Source: Octopus vulgaris
Taxonomy: Eukaryota
Length of the DNA: 64,000 nucleotides
NCBI GenBank assembly: GCA_951406725.2
Contig: OX597827.1
Span: forward strand, 42,656,001-42,720,000
Reading direction: 5' to 3'
Position 1 is the first letter of the stretch. Every line of letters starts with the position of its first letter. Below the pieces are notes generated by a model. That model saw only the letters and a list, made by a program, of their open reading frames with translations. It had not been told where the DNA came from and searched no databases. Below are positions 63,892 to 64,000 of this stretch, one piece after another. A program made the translations under genes and the position numbers.

Positions 63892-64000
63892 TGGAGGCGC
63901 AATGGCCCAGTGGTTAGGGCAGCGGACTCGCGGTCATAGGATCGCGGTTTCGATTCCCAGACCGGGCGTTGTGAGTGTTTATTGAGCGAAAACACCTAAA
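63892..64000 (+). mobile_element. SINE family C head (cut by window end)
   Basis: Near-identical to 23755-23861. Confidence 0.85.

Overview
AT-rich, microsatellite-saturated animal genomic DNA whose repeat content looks like an octopus (coleoid cephalopod) intergenic or intronic region; the organism is inferred from repeat style only. I found no credible host protein-coding exon: almost all listed ORFs are (TA)n/(CA)n/(TATG)n/(GAA)n artefacts. The window is a mosaic of four tRNA-headed SINE families (labelled A-D here) and decayed LINE fragments (Tx1/L1, R4/Dong, HERO-like, RTE, CR1/Jockey-like). It also holds a near-complete but disabled DD34E Tc1 transposon (38706-40415) nested in a SINE, a tandem Helitron dimer, Helentron-type HINEs, and hAT and Merlin-like MITEs. 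The most unusual signal is about 14 type I hammerhead-ribozyme-like motifs, most with palindromic or near-palindromic stem III and several with core variants. They sit in short non-coding elements next to (TA)n tracts, often as fold-back or partial tandem copies, and include a 557-bp tandem with two identical hammerheads (11371-12469) and a triple fold-back cluster (53806-54931). This is a Penelope-like/retrozyme-like system. There are also four short templated insertions copied from DNA 1.5-16 kb away.
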